A stretch of DNA of 64,000 nucleotides, from assembly GCA_024346625.1 (NCBI GenBank), contig AP024667.1, positions 372,001 through 436,000 on the forward strand, given 5' to 3'. This document shows positions 9,997 to 20,319 of the stretch, piece by piece. The notes below the pieces were generated by a model. That model did not search any database and was not told the DNA's origin. It saw nothing but the letters and a program-made list of their open reading frames with translations. This stretch comes from Williopsis jadinii (taxonomy: Eukaryota). A program made the position numbers and the translations under genes. The stretch's first letter is position 1; each line of letters begins with the position of its first letter.

Positions 9997-10917
9997 ATGG
10001 CAAAGAAACATTTGGCGCCCCAGTTTTCTGATGATGAAGATGACGTCTCTGGGTACTTGGAACCATCTGAACAAAGCAGTGACAACGAGCTTGAGACCCT
10101 CAGCTTTGGTGCGTTGAAGAGCGCACAGGCTGAACTGGAGAAGGAAGAGAAACAGAAGAAGAATAAGAAGAAGGCGAAATCAAAGGAGCAGAACAGTAAA
10201 AGGGAGAGTGTTCACATGTCTAGAGATGCTAGAAGACAACCTACAAAGTCCAGTAATAGAGAGTATGACAGTGAAAGCGATGAATTTGAGAATGACGGGT
10301 TCAGTGATATGTCTGACGGCATGTTTGATGAAGAAGACGATGATGATGACTCCAGTAATGTGGGTAACAACAACAAGAAGAAGAAGAGTAAACACGCTCC
10401 CACCGAGACATCATCGAAGAAGAGAGTTTCTAAGATAAGACAGATTCCAGGACTTGAGAATCGCAAGAACGAGACATCACTCTACAGAGACATCAGATTC
10501 GATGCTGCCTTTGGTAAAGCTGATCTTAACAGAGTACGTAAGGATTACAAGTTCTTGGATGACTACAGACAACAGGAGGTCTCTGAGATTACGAAGATCC
10601 TGAAGGACCCAAAGATGCGTAACAAGCTGAGTCAAAGGGAAATTGAGGATTTGGAGTACCAATCCAAGTCATTAAGGTCGAGGCTAGACACTCTCAAGAA
10701 TAGGGACCTGGAACAAGAGGTTGTGAAGAAGTATAAAGAAGAGAGAGGCATCAAGGGCAACTTCTTCCTCAAGAAGAGTGATAAGAGAAAGATTGTTCAA
10801 AAGCACAAGTTCGATAACATGAAGGCCAGTCAAAGAGAGAAAGTGGTGGAGAGAAAGAGAAAGAGAAGATTGGGTAAAGAGTTCAAACAGTTGGAATTCA
10901 ACAGACCTAGAGATTGA
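9997..10917 (+). CDS. RRP36: rRNA biogenesis protein Rrp36
   Basis: LSFGALKSAQ, HAPTETSSKKRVS, DIRFDAAFG and DYKFLDDYR. PAC-like GATGAG (9892) and RRPE-like GAAAAATTT (about 9917) upstream. Confidence 0.92.
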   Translation: MAKKHLAPQFSDDEDDVSGYLEPSEQSSDNELETLSFGALKSAQAELEKEEKQKKNKKKAKSKEQNSKRESVHMSRDARRQPTKSSNREYDSESDEFENDGFSDMSDGMFDEEDDDDDSSNVGNNNKKKKSKHAPTETSSKKRVSKIRQIPGLENRKNETSLYRDIRFDAAFGKADLNRVRKDYKFLDDYRQQEVSEITKILKDPKMRNKLSQREIEDLEYQSKSLRSRLDTLKNRDLEQEVVKKYKEERGIKGNFFLKKSDKRKIVQKHKFDNMKASQREKVVERKRKRRLGKEFKQLEFNRPRD

Positions 10918-11100
10918 GTATTATATAATATGAATACTTGTGTATAATATCACTGATGCATATGTTCAATATTAGAAAAGAAGATGGAAAACAAGCATTG
11001 TGGAATGTAGTAACGAGATATAAGAGAACAACCGCAAAGGAGGTTTGTATATAGGTGTCTATCTCTTATCCATGGCGAATAACAGCGTCATCAAGCGAGC

Positions 11101-11721
11101 TCACTTCTCCTCTGACTTCTCACCGTCCTTCTTGGCTTCCTCCTCCGGCTTCTCTTGAGGTTGTTCATGAGAAGACCAGTCCTGATAAGAGCCGACGTAG
11201 TTTCCTAGTTTCTTGTATCCGAACATTTGGGCCAGATCTGCTGCTGCTGTGGATCTAACACCGGCAAGGCAGTAAAAGATCAACTCTTTATCCTTTGAAG
11301 GCTTCTTGAATTTGAATGCCTCCTCAAACTCTTCAGGCGAGAGGTCCAATGCACCCGGAGTGGACTTGTATGGAATGTTAATGGCACCTGGAATGGATCC
11401 TGCTTGGTATTCAACCGGCTCTCTGACATCTACGATGATCTTGTCCTCTTGCGGGTGCTCGGTCAAATCCTTGATCTGTTGATAGTCATAAACCTTTGGT
11501 GGCTCCTCCTGGCTGATAGTTGGGCGGTGTGGCTCCTCAGCCTTTGTGGAGTTGAATCTCACCCCAATACTCGCAACCCTTGATGAGCCGCTCTTCACCA
11601 CATGGGCGGAGGTGGTGGTAAACAAGGCATTGCGCACCACAGAGGATGAAGCACAGGCAAGACGAGAGGCCAGTGCAAGACGTGGAGTGGCCCTTAAGAG
11701 AGCTCTAGCGGAGTGTGACAT
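11101..11721 (-). CDS. RDL2: Mitochondrial rhodanese-like thiosulfate sulfurtransferase (Rdl1/Rdl2-like)
   Basis: Arg/Ser-rich presequence, IVDVREPVEY, GSIPGAINIP, active-site loop FYCLAGVRS and YVGSYQDW. Confidence 0.85.
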   Translation of the reverse strand: MSHSARALLRATPRLALASRLACASSSVVRNALFTTTSAHVVKSGSSRVASIGVRFNSTKAEEPHRPTISQEEPPKVYDYQQIKDLTEHPQEDKIIVDVREPVEYQAGSIPGAINIPYKSTPGALDLSPEEFEEAFKFKKPSKDKELIFYCLAGVRSTAAADLAQMFGYKKLGNYVGSYQDWSSHEQPQEKPEEEAKKDGEKSEEK

Positions 11722-12220
11722 TGCAGCAGATGGGCAGAAGTATCACGGAAGCAGGCACAATTGGGGAACAACGCTAGTACAGGCTCCGCTCGTTAGAATC
11801 AACTAATGTTTGTTGTAGATTTGTTTTGCCATTTCCCGTTGCGAACTGCCACCGCTAAACCCAAAGGGGAAAGTTTCCAAAGTGAAGTTCTGCTACAACC
11901 GTTGACTACCCAATCGGGAAACATAAACACGCCTCGCTTAGGTATACATGCCTTTCCTTTGCGATTCCCGCTTCGGGAAGTCTACAACGATCACCCAATA
12001 GGATCTTCGGATTTTCCTCTTCTTTTTTTAATAAGGCCATTTTGGCTAACCGGCTCGAACACACACAGTTTCTACGGTGTTTTCGCCTACAGATGGGCAG
12101 CACCGGTGGGCCGTAAGCTACGTAGCGCGTGTTGAATCTGTAGAAAATTCCCCTTCTCTTCCCTCTTCAGTTTTACACAGTTTCAACTGCCTTTTCAGAT
12201 CTACATAACAAGACAAAACA

Positions 12221-12430
12221 ATGTACGCCACTCCAGTCAGAGCCTTCTCCAAGTCCGCCGTCAGAATGAACGCTGCCGGTAACACCCCAGCCTCCAAGTG
12301 GTTCGGTGCCTTTGGTGGTGTCGCTGTTCTCCTTGGTATCTTTGCCTTTGGTTTCGACAAGTTGGGCTTGCAAGACAACATCAAGCACAGTTTCAACAAG
12401 ACCGGTATCAACACCAAGAAGGACGAGTAA
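12221..12430 (+). CDS. 69-aa putative mitochondrial single-pass membrane microprotein
   Basis: AAAACAATG context, highly-expressed-gene codon usage, presequence-like N-terminus, one hydrophobic segment, and CCAAT boxes at about 11910 and 11995. Confidence 0.8.
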   Translation: MYATPVRAFSKSAVRMNAAGNTPASKWFGAFGGVAVLLGIFAFGFDKLGLQDNIKHSFNKTGINTKKDE

Positions 12431-12983
12431 ACCGAGTGCTCCCGTGTCCTGTGCTAATACGATGCTGCATTGATTCAATTCAAAGGTGATGTGTGTTGTG
12501 CCCTGAGGTGCCCTTTTGGCAGTTCCATACTGAAAGGGGAGTTTTTCTATATACAGATGTACCTATATAAGGAAAAGGAAACCCACAAAAAAATTGTTTT
12601 GATATTCACTATATTTATATTCTTATAAACTCTACACAAGGACCAATGTAGCTGGCAAGATGATGCATGTATGATGTGTTTATTCGATGTTCCAGAAGCA
12701 TGGGGTTTGCTTTATTTCTGGTAGACCGACGTCGTGCCACCCGATGAGCCCACCAAATAGCTTACCTAACTTGATTTTTTTGGCGGGGGGGGGGGGAGAG
12801 AAATGGACTGATTTCTAGATGGTTCGAGATACGAAGATCATCAGATACTGGATTAGGCAGATTAAGAAGCCACACACGTCACAGTGCTCTTTGGAATGTA
12901 TTGAGTATATGCCAGAAATCATCCGATTGTGCCTCTCCCATTATGTCACATTCATGGCTCACGCTCGCTGGTGCTGGTTTCGC

Positions 12984-13849
12984 TCACAGACCTTGCATTC
13001 CCTTGATCACCTCACTATGCTGCTCCTTCTCCTGCTTCAACTGCGACAGTGAACCAAGCGTTCTCAGATCGCCGATAATGTCACTGGTCTTGTCAAAGTA
13101 CACTTGCTGCAATAAGTTTCTCAATTTACTCTCAACGTCCTCCACAAGCGAACCAATGTTGACGATGTGTCCATACAAATCACCCTTTTCAACCTCACCA
13201 ATCTTTTCATTTTGTCTGATCAAGTTACCGCTCAACTTGACACGGTTCTCCTTGGACACTTTGGTGAGGTCAAGGATGATCGTAGATGTAGCCTTGTACA
13301 GGTACTTTGTGGAGCTCTTCTTTTCAACTTCCAACACGTGGATACTGTCCCAAAGACCTTGGTTATCCTCTGTGGATTTCTTGAAGAGCGCAACACCGGC
13401 AAATCCGCTCTCAACAGAGTCATCTTGATCCCAGAGGTAGACACTGGAGATACCTCCTTCGTAGTACAGATCTCTATAGATGTCAACGGCATCGTTCAGC
13501 TTCACCTCCAATTCTCTAAGCGCTGCAGAGGGATACGGAGAGTCATCATCGTCCAACTGAGGGTAGTACTTGTTGGACCACGGGGATCTGAAAGAGTCCA
13601 AGTCTCGGTTGTAATCACAAGTCAGGAAAGGCTTGCCGTTGGTCGGATCCTTTGCAATGCTCAATGGCACGTCAACTGTGGAGAGTAAGTCCTCCGCAAG
13701 ATCTGGGTTCAAATGGATGATCTTCTCCAAGTTCTCCGTGATGTTCTGGGGGTTCAATCTTCTCAGCAAATCAAGGGCAGCGTCGTACGACTTGTGCGCC
13801 AATTGTCAGTAGAAGCATCGACCAAACCAATTGGCAATACACTCACCAT
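12984..13849 (-). CDS. CAP2: F-actin capping protein beta subunit, spliced
   Basis: Exon 1 is the ATG only (13849-13847). Intron 13846-13791 (GTGAGT, TACTGAC at 13811-13805, AAG). Exon 2 13790-12984 gives M-SYDAALDLLRRLNP and CDYNRDLDSFRSPWSN. Confidence 0.93.
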
Positions 13850-14091
13850 CTTCGGTACCAATTTCACAAACCAAAAACACAGCAGTAAATTCTAAACGAG
13901 ATGAATCCTTCTTTTAAAGGAGAATAAGGAGATGGTATTCGGGAACGAAATTTGGTGTGTGCGTGTGTGTGTGTGTGCGCGGGTGGAAAGATTCGTTCCT
14001 CTTCTCCCTTCCACCAAAATGCTCGTTGCAACTCCACGTTCTTCAGTCAGTAACAAACAACGCTGAGCAACCTCCCACCTGACAAGAAACC

Positions 14092-14517
14092 ATGGTTGAC
14101 ATCGCTTCATTTGGCAGCTGGATTCCGCAATTACCAGGTATCTTACCAAAATGGCTGCTGTTCATCTCAGTTGTGTCCATATTCAACTCCTTCCAGTGTT
14201 ACACCTCGGGCCTGGCTCTTACTCAAAGAGTCTATGAGAACAAACCGCAGGAGGTTACACCGCTCTCTGCTAGAACCTTTGGTACTTGGACGTTGATCTC
14301 GAGTGTCATCAGATTCTACGGTGCTTACTACTTGAACGTTCCCCAAGTTTATCAAATCACCTTTGCCAGTTATTCCATTGCGTTCATACACTTTGGTCTG
14401 GAGTGGTTTGTTTACAAGACCGCCAAACTTGGTAAGGGCCTTGCAGGTCCACTCGTCGTCTCCACGATGACCCTTGTCTGGATGTGGAACCAGTGGGACT
14501 ACTACACTTCATTGTAA
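14092..14517 (+). CDS. ERG28: Ergosterol biosynthesis scaffold protein Erg28
   Basis: LPKWLLFISVVSIFNSFQCY, VTPLSARTFGTWT and GLAGPLVVS. Confidence 0.96.
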   Translation: MVDIASFGSWIPQLPGILPKWLLFISVVSIFNSFQCYTSGLALTQRVYENKPQEVTPLSARTFGTWTLISSVIRFYGAYYLNVPQVYQITFASYSIAFIHFGLEWFVYKTAKLGKGLAGPLVVSTMTLVWMWNQWDYYTSL

Positions 14518-14612
14518 ATATGTAAATAGCAGAACTATATCACGTTAAGGAAATGCAGATGAAATATGAATGAAATGCAATATGTAAAACACTGGAATCG
14601 AATGTCAAAGGA

Positions 14613-15767
14613 TCAATTCCTTTCACTGTTTGGTGGGAAGAACCAGGTATAAACGTCATATGTGGAGCCACACAAACAAAGGATTGTCCACAGGACGGAC
14701 ATGGCACCGTATATACTTGCGATTACGCTGAACGTTGTCCATCCCGTTAGTTCGCCAGTGACTCTCGTGGCATGGTGCATTGTTCCCAGAGGGAACGTCA
14801 TTGCCCAGAAGCCATAGTGGAACTTATGTTTGCCATACGACAAAACAGATGCAAATGCGAAGAATGTCAAGAAGAAACCAGCAGATTCCAGGAAGAGAGC
14901 TGCTAGTACACAAACCCAGTGTAATAGCTGTGCAACTTGAGCATCGTCAACCTGAGTTTCCAGCGTGTAATTGTAAAAGTTAACACCACACAGTTGAACT
15001 GCAAACGCACCTTGTCCCAGAAATCCAATTGGAATAAAAGACGTGAAGATGGCACCCTTTGCAGGGAATCTGTAAAACAAGAGCCTATACGTATAGATTG
15101 TGAGAAAGATAAAGCTCACAGTCATTGCATTTGCCCATAGTAGAAAACATAGAATTGTGGTGGAGAGTTTCAAGCTCTCTGGTAAGCTAGGGACGATGTT
15201 CCCGCCACAAGAGGCTGTCACGGTGAGAGAAACCAAGGGTAGGAGCAGAGTGACTGACAGTTCGCTTATCTTCACGGTGGACCTCTGCATGAAGAAGAAG
15301 GGTATCACCCATGCTGTATACAGGGAAACAATGTTTGAGATCCACCACAGGACGTAGAAGAATATTGGTGCTCTGCCGTCACAGATGCTATGGAGTGCGA
15401 TGACCCAGGAGGAGAACCCCATTGCGAGGCATCCCATGAATGGAGCATTTGATGGATGGAATGTAAACTCAGATCTCATATCGGGGTATCTGATAAGCGT
15501 GTTGACAAAATGCAGCATTGTCATCAAAAGGCATAGCGAACAGAACCCAAACATCACATGTCCACAGATCTTGAGCCAGTGTGACGGGTATGCAAAGTTG
15601 AGTAGGATTGTTGAGGCCATACCAGTGCCCATAATGGTGATAAACCAAGGTGCTCTAAATGGCTCTCGACATGCATCAAAGATGGTTTTTCTCTGTTGTT
15701 GTCCTTTCTCTTCTTCAAGTGACAGAATCACGGTTTCGCTACAACTATCATTCTCATCAGATGTCAT
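14613..15767 (-). CDS. SSU1: TDT/SLAC1-family transporter, sulfite efflux pump-like
   Basis: PWFITIMGTGMAS, FIPIGFLGQG and GFWAMTFPLGT, with about 10 hydrophobic segments. Near RPS6 and GLR1 as in S. cerevisiae. Confidence 0.82.
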   Translation of the reverse strand: MTSDENDSCSETVILSLEEEKGQQQRKTIFDACREPFRAPWFITIMGTGMASTILLNFAYPSHWLKICGHVMFGFCSLCLLMTMLHFVNTLIRYPDMRSEFTFHPSNAPFMGCLAMGFSSWVIALHSICDGRAPIFFYVLWWISNIVSLYTAWVIPFFFMQRSTVKISELSVTLLLPLVSLTVTASCGGNIVPSLPESLKLSTTILCFLLWANAMTVSFIFLTIYTYRLLFYRFPAKGAIFTSFIPIGFLGQGAFAVQLCGVNFYNYTLETQVDDAQVAQLLHWVCVLAALFLESAGFFLTFFAFASVLSYGKHKFHYGFWAMTFPLGTMHHATRVTGELTGWTTFSVIASIYGAMSVLWTILCLCGSTYDVYTWFFPPNSERN

Positions 15768-16078
15768 GATCGTTGTTTGTAGGCTACTGTCTGCGTGTAT
15801 TAGGATGAAGTGCAACGTCCCAACTGTTTTATATAACTTGAAGAGTCATCAACGACGAGTCATTGCGACCTACAGTTGATCACTGATGCCGTCATCGTGG
15901 TTTGAAAAGTCTTCTTCACGGCAATTTCGAAAGCCCATTACCCACGGGCTGTGTCTACAACAGTGATTCAAACTCCGCCATGCCATACTAAAGCGGAAAA
16001 AGAGTCGGGCTTGTACTGTGCCGTTTCTACTTTCCAAAGCCCGTCATTTGGTGTTTGGATGTGAATCATGTGATGAAA

Positions 16079-16107
16079 CACGTGAGCGTGCACGTGATAC
16101 TACGTGA
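16079..16107. promoter_or_regulatory. Clustered E-boxes (CACGTG x2, TACGTG) in the divergent SSU1/phosphatase promoter
   Basis: CACGTG at 16079 and 16091, TACGTG at 16101. These match bHLH (Cbf1/Pho4/Tye7-type) sites. Confidence 0.55.
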
Positions 16108-16205
16108 CTGTGCCCCCTTATCACATTTTAGTACCGGTATCAGGTGTGTTGTTTCCATTAGTGATTGTAGTTTTAGCGTGATGACAGTAGGAAAGAGTAA
16201 CACCA

Positions 16206-16847
16206 ATGACTCAGGCAATCACACCTAATACCGACCCTTCAGTGACGAGATTCTTCTTCATCAGACATGGCCAAACAGACCACAATGTCAAGAAGATCCT
16301 TCAAGGCCATTTGAACACAGATTTGAATAGCGAAGGACACCAACAGGCTGTCAAGCTAGCAGCTGCCCTCAGGTCATTCCCTTTCGAAAGGATCTACTCA
16401 TCTGATCTGAAGAGGTGCCAGGATACTGCCAACACATTGGCAAATGGTCTTGATTCTCCACAGAAAATCATCTTCACCCCGGAGCTGAGAGAGAGACACA
16501 TGGGAGTAATCCAAGGAATGCACATTGATGATGCGATTGCACACGGTGAGAAACACGGTAAACACTATAGAGAGTTTGGTGAAACCACAGACGAGTTCAC
16601 AAACAGACTCTCAGCTTATATCGAAACCTTGAAACAAGACACCAAGGGACTGAAGAACGTTGCCGTTGTTAGTCACGGTGGTACAATTAGGGCCGTGTTG
16701 AAGCTCTGTGGTAAAACTGAAGGTGTCGTCTACAACACGAGTGTCACCGTGATAGATTTGAAAGATGATAAATGGGACATCCGTGTTGTTAGTAACACTG
16801 ACCACTTGGGCGCTCAGTTGCACGTCACAGATCAAAGAGTTAGATGA
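16206..16847 (+). CDS. Histidine phosphatase / phosphoglycerate mutase family protein (YOR283W-like)
   Basis: RHGQT, IYSSDLKRC, LRERHMG and VSHGGTIR. Confidence 0.9.
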   Translation: MTQAITPNTDPSVTRFFFIRHGQTDHNVKKILQGHLNTDLNSEGHQQAVKLAAALRSFPFERIYSSDLKRCQDTANTLANGLDSPQKIIFTPELRERHMGVIQGMHIDDAIAHGEKHGKHYREFGETTDEFTNRLSAYIETLKQDTKGLKNVAVVSHGGTIRAVLKLCGKTEGVVYNTSVTVIDLKDDKWDIRVVSNTDHLGAQLHVTDQRVR

Positions 16848-17045
16848 TAAAGGCTGCGATTGTGCAAAACTTATATACACTTGATACACATATACATGAT
16901 GAGTAGGATAAAACGGGAAACATACTAAACTTACAGCTCAGCAAACCTGCTAATTACAACTAATGGATTTAGTAAGAAACGGAGTAAATACGATTAAGAG
17001 AAATCAAAACATGAAACCTTTTAATTTTGTGTTTGGATAAAGAAC

Positions 17046-18122
17046 TTAAGCCTTCAAAGAAGAGGCTCTTCTCTTTCTAACCTCAGCTCTCTCAGCCTTA
17101 CGCTCGTGCAAACGTTGAGCCAACAAGTGGGCGTACTCAGCAGCAGCATCTCTTTGGGCTTGAGCGTTTCTGATCTTCAAAGCCTTCAAGTGTCTCTTTC
17201 TTTGCAAAGTTTGTGGAGTAACCAATCTTTGGATCTTTGGAGCCTTGGTGTACTTCTTCTCACCCTTGACAACCTCTCTTCTGATGACGTATTGTCTAAC
17301 ATCATCCTCCTTGGTCAAACCAAAGAACTTTCTGATGTTGTTGGCTCTCTTAGGACCCAATCTCTTTGGAACTTGGGTGTCAGTCAAACCCTCAAGCTCA
17401 GCATCACCTTGCTTGACAATGACAAGGGACAAAACAGCAAGATCTTGACCGACAATGGCACCTCTGACGGACTTTCTCTTTCTCTCACCGTTTCTTCTTG
17501 GTCTGTAACAAGAGTGACCCTTAGCGAGCAACAACTTGACACGGTTTGGCAACAAGACACCTTGCTTCATTGGGAAACCTTGCTTGTCGTTACCACCAGA
17601 GATCTTGAAGACGTAACCCTTGAACTCGTCACCGACAGAGTCACCCTCGACTTCTTGACCAATTCTCTTCTCGTAGAAGACACGCAAACGGTGGTCATCA
17701 TCGATGTCATAGGTCTTTTGGGACCCGTTGGCTGGGTAGGCAATGTTCAACTAGAACGGGCAAGTTAGTAACTGTATCAGAAGGATAACTTTATGGGTAC
17801 TAAGCTGATGGATTCGTCCGCGGCGGTTCAGTGGTTACCTAGTGTAGGTGGATTTCGACGACTCGTCGTAGAAGGGATATTGTAGAATCGTTTCAAATCA
17901 ACAATCTTCACCATGATAATCCAGCAGTCGACCCCTATGACACTATACACTCCTTTTCCGGTATTTTGTTCTCGTTGATGCTACACAACTTCGTTGTTCT
18001 TTGATGAACACTCTCTGGGTACAAACAACATCCTGTTCCACACATATATGGCTCACTGGTATTACAAGCCGCTTTAGAGATCCATCTCATAGTCCATAGT
18101 TGGCGCCGTAACATACTTTCAT
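17046..18122 (-). CDS. RPS6: 40S ribosomal protein eS6, spliced
   Basis: Exon 1 ATGAAA 18122-18117, intron 18116-17751 (GTATGT, TACTAAC at 17770-17764, TAG), exon 2 17750-17046. Product MK-LNIAYP...[10 protein letters not shown]. Confidence 0.98.
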
Positions 18123-18330
18123 GCTTGCTCGTGTACTTCAATACCCAATGTGTTGGAGTTGGTGATTGTGTACTAACGAAATAAATTTCAACCACACAGC
18201 GAGGCCAACTTTTCGTGAGTCGGTCACGAAAACGGTATATTTCCTAAAACAGGTATTTGCGGCGTGTTTTTGTGCGTAGTGAAAATTCAAAATTGTGTGC
18301 ACATTTGTGACTGCGCGAATTGCACTCAAC

Positions 18331-18342
18331 ACATCCGTACAT
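18331..18342 (+). promoter_or_regulatory. Rap1 site (UASrpg) upstream of RPS6
   Basis: ACATCCGTACAT matches the classical RPG box, about 210 bp upstream of the RPS6 ATG. Confidence 0.75.
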
Positions 18343-18597
18343 CAGATACTATCAAACCCTAATCACGTGTATGGAATGAGGGCTGACAGTTCAAAGCCTC
18401 ATTGAGCCTACGCAGCAAGCTGTACTTTATTTCAACGAAAACACGTCGGAACATCACTGTTTCAGGCGTATCACCTACTATTAGTTTCAAACGTGTTATA
18501 TAATGTATTATAATTGTATTTGGGATGTTATAGCAGTCTTCGCATCTCTCTTTGATATCGAATCGGACTCAAAAACTATGGGACTCAGTTGATTGGA

Positions 18598-19986
18598 TTA
18601 TGTCATGGTGACTAGCTCTTCAGCTGAAGATGGATGGATCGCAACAACGCTATCGAAATCCGCCTTGGTGGCACCCATAATGATAGCAACGCTGAAACCT
18701 TGCAGAATCTCAGAAGAGTAGTCACCCACCAAGTGCAGACCCACAACTTTCTCCTCTGGCCCAGCACAAATGATCTTATAGCTGACTGGAGACTTTTGTT
18801 CAACCATAGCATAGTACATTGGTGTGAACCTGGAACGATAAATTTTGAGATTGTCTTTACCATATTTCTCAATGGCATCAACCTCAGAGAGTCCAACTGA
18901 GCCAGCTTCTGGGTGAGAAAAGAGAGCTGATGGAACATTGGTATAGTTTTGTTTCTGAGCTTTGAACTTTGCTGGTCCAAACAATCTATTGGCAAGTTTT
19001 CTACCAGCAGATATAGCCACAGGCGTCAGATCGAGTTGACCAGTAACATCACCAAGAGCATATATGTTTGCCGTTGTGGTATTCTGGTACTCGTCAACCT
19101 TAACTAATCCCCTGTCTGTGACTTGCACGCCAACATTCTCCAGGCCAAGACCGAGGAAAGTACGACGTCCCACTGTCCAGATCAGGGCATCCACCTCCAG
19201 CATGGAACCGGTGCTCAAAGTAAGCTTAAGAGCCCCACTCTCCATCTTCTCAACGGACTTCACTTCAGTCTCGTAGTGGATATTTACACCAGTGTCAGCG
19301 TAATGGCCGAGAACAGTGTCTCTAATACTGTCGTCGAATCTTACCAAGATCTGGTCATCTCTTAGGATTAAATGGGTTTCTGACCCCAATCCATGTAAGA
19401 GACCAGTGAATTCAACACCAATATAGCCTCCTCCAACAATGGCAACTCTTTTTGGCTGCTCTTTCAGGCTGAAGAACCCATTGGAGTCGATGATATACTC
19501 TGATCCTGGGATTGTTGGGGCAATTGGCTTACCACCAGTGGCGATGAGGATTTTGTCTCCAGTGAAGGTTTCACAACTACCATCTTTCTTGGTAACCACA
19601 ACAGCACCATCCTTGTTGAACTTTGCCCAGCCGTAGAGCAACTCGACATTGTCGTTTTTGAGGTTACGCTCATAGATACCGTTCAGCTTCTCAATGTATG
19701 CGTCTCTCTTGTGGGTGAAGTACCCCCAGTTAAAGGTTTTTGCCAGCTTTGGATCAACATCGAACCCGTAGTCCTTGGCCTCCGATATCCTCTGTGCAAC
19801 ACTACTGGCATACCACATCACCTTCTTGGGAACACAGCCAACGTTCACACATGTACCGCCAACATGGTTACCTTCAATAAGCAGCGTCTTCACACCGTAT
19901 GATCCTGCACGACGCGAGGACGCAACACCGCCAGAACCACCACCGATGACGATGTACTCGAAATGCTTTGCGCCTGTTTTAGTCAT
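18598..19986 (-). CDS. GLR1: Glutathione reductase, diverged tandem copy without presequence
   Basis: GGGSGG FAD motif, [13 protein letters not shown] redox disulfide and C-terminal [11 protein letters not shown]. Confidence 0.93.
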   Translation of the reverse strand: MTKTGAKHFEYIVIGGGSGGVASSRRAGSYGVKTLLIEGNHVGGTCVNVGCVPKKVMWYASSVAQRISEAKDYGFDVDPKLAKTFNWGYFTHKRDAYIEKLNGIYERNLKNDNVELLYGWAKFNKDGAVVVTKKDGSCETFTGDKILIATGGKPIAPTIPGSEYIIDSNGFFSLKEQPKRVAIVGGGYIGVEFTGLLHGLGSETHLILRDDQILVRFDDSIRDTVLGHYADTGVNIHYETEVKSVEKMESGALKLTLSTGSMLEVDALIWTVGRRTFLGLGLENVGVQVTDRGLVKVDEYQNTTTANIYALGDVTGQLDLTPVAISAGRKLANRLFGPAKFKAQKQNYTNVPSALFSHPEAGSVGLSEVDAIEKYGKDNLKIYRSRFTPMYYAMVEQKSPVSYKIICAGPEEKVVGLHLVGDYSSEILQGFSVAIIMGATKADFDSVVAIHPSSAEELVTMT

Positions 19987-20275
19987 TGTTTTGCTTTATA
20001 CTTGTTTGTATTTACAACTCTGTGTATAAAAGGGATACAAAAGGTTCCGTCAAATGGTTCAACATGCTAGTTTTATATCTATTGTAAAGGGTTCTGTATA
20101 CACCTGCAGGTGGGCTCTGCCATGTGTCTCCCAGGCGCATGCCTCGAACAGCAGGACTAAGAACAAGGGAAAATTCAAAGGCCGATGATCTCGCGATCAC
20201 AAAGGTCCATCGGCGACGTCATACGTGACAACCACACTTGGCCCAGTGGATCAGATTAAGAATAGCCATCAAAGC

Positions 20276-20282
20276 TTACTAA
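20276..20282. promoter_or_regulatory. Yap1 response element TTACTAA upstream of the downstream GLR copy
   Basis: Exact TTACTAA about 290 bp upstream of ATG 19986. Confidence 0.55.
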
Positions 20283-20319
20283 TACGACGACGACGACGAT
20301 CGTGACCACTGGCGGTTAG

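Noticed and set aside
17106..17768. 220-aa ORF antisense to RPS6, and similar ORFs over CAM1 and GLR1
   Set aside because: Expected by-product of strong codon bias on the coding strand.
17751..18116. Possible snoRNA inside the 366-nt RPS6 intron
   Set aside because: No convincing C/D pair with a guide, and no H/ACA layout seen on the sense strand.
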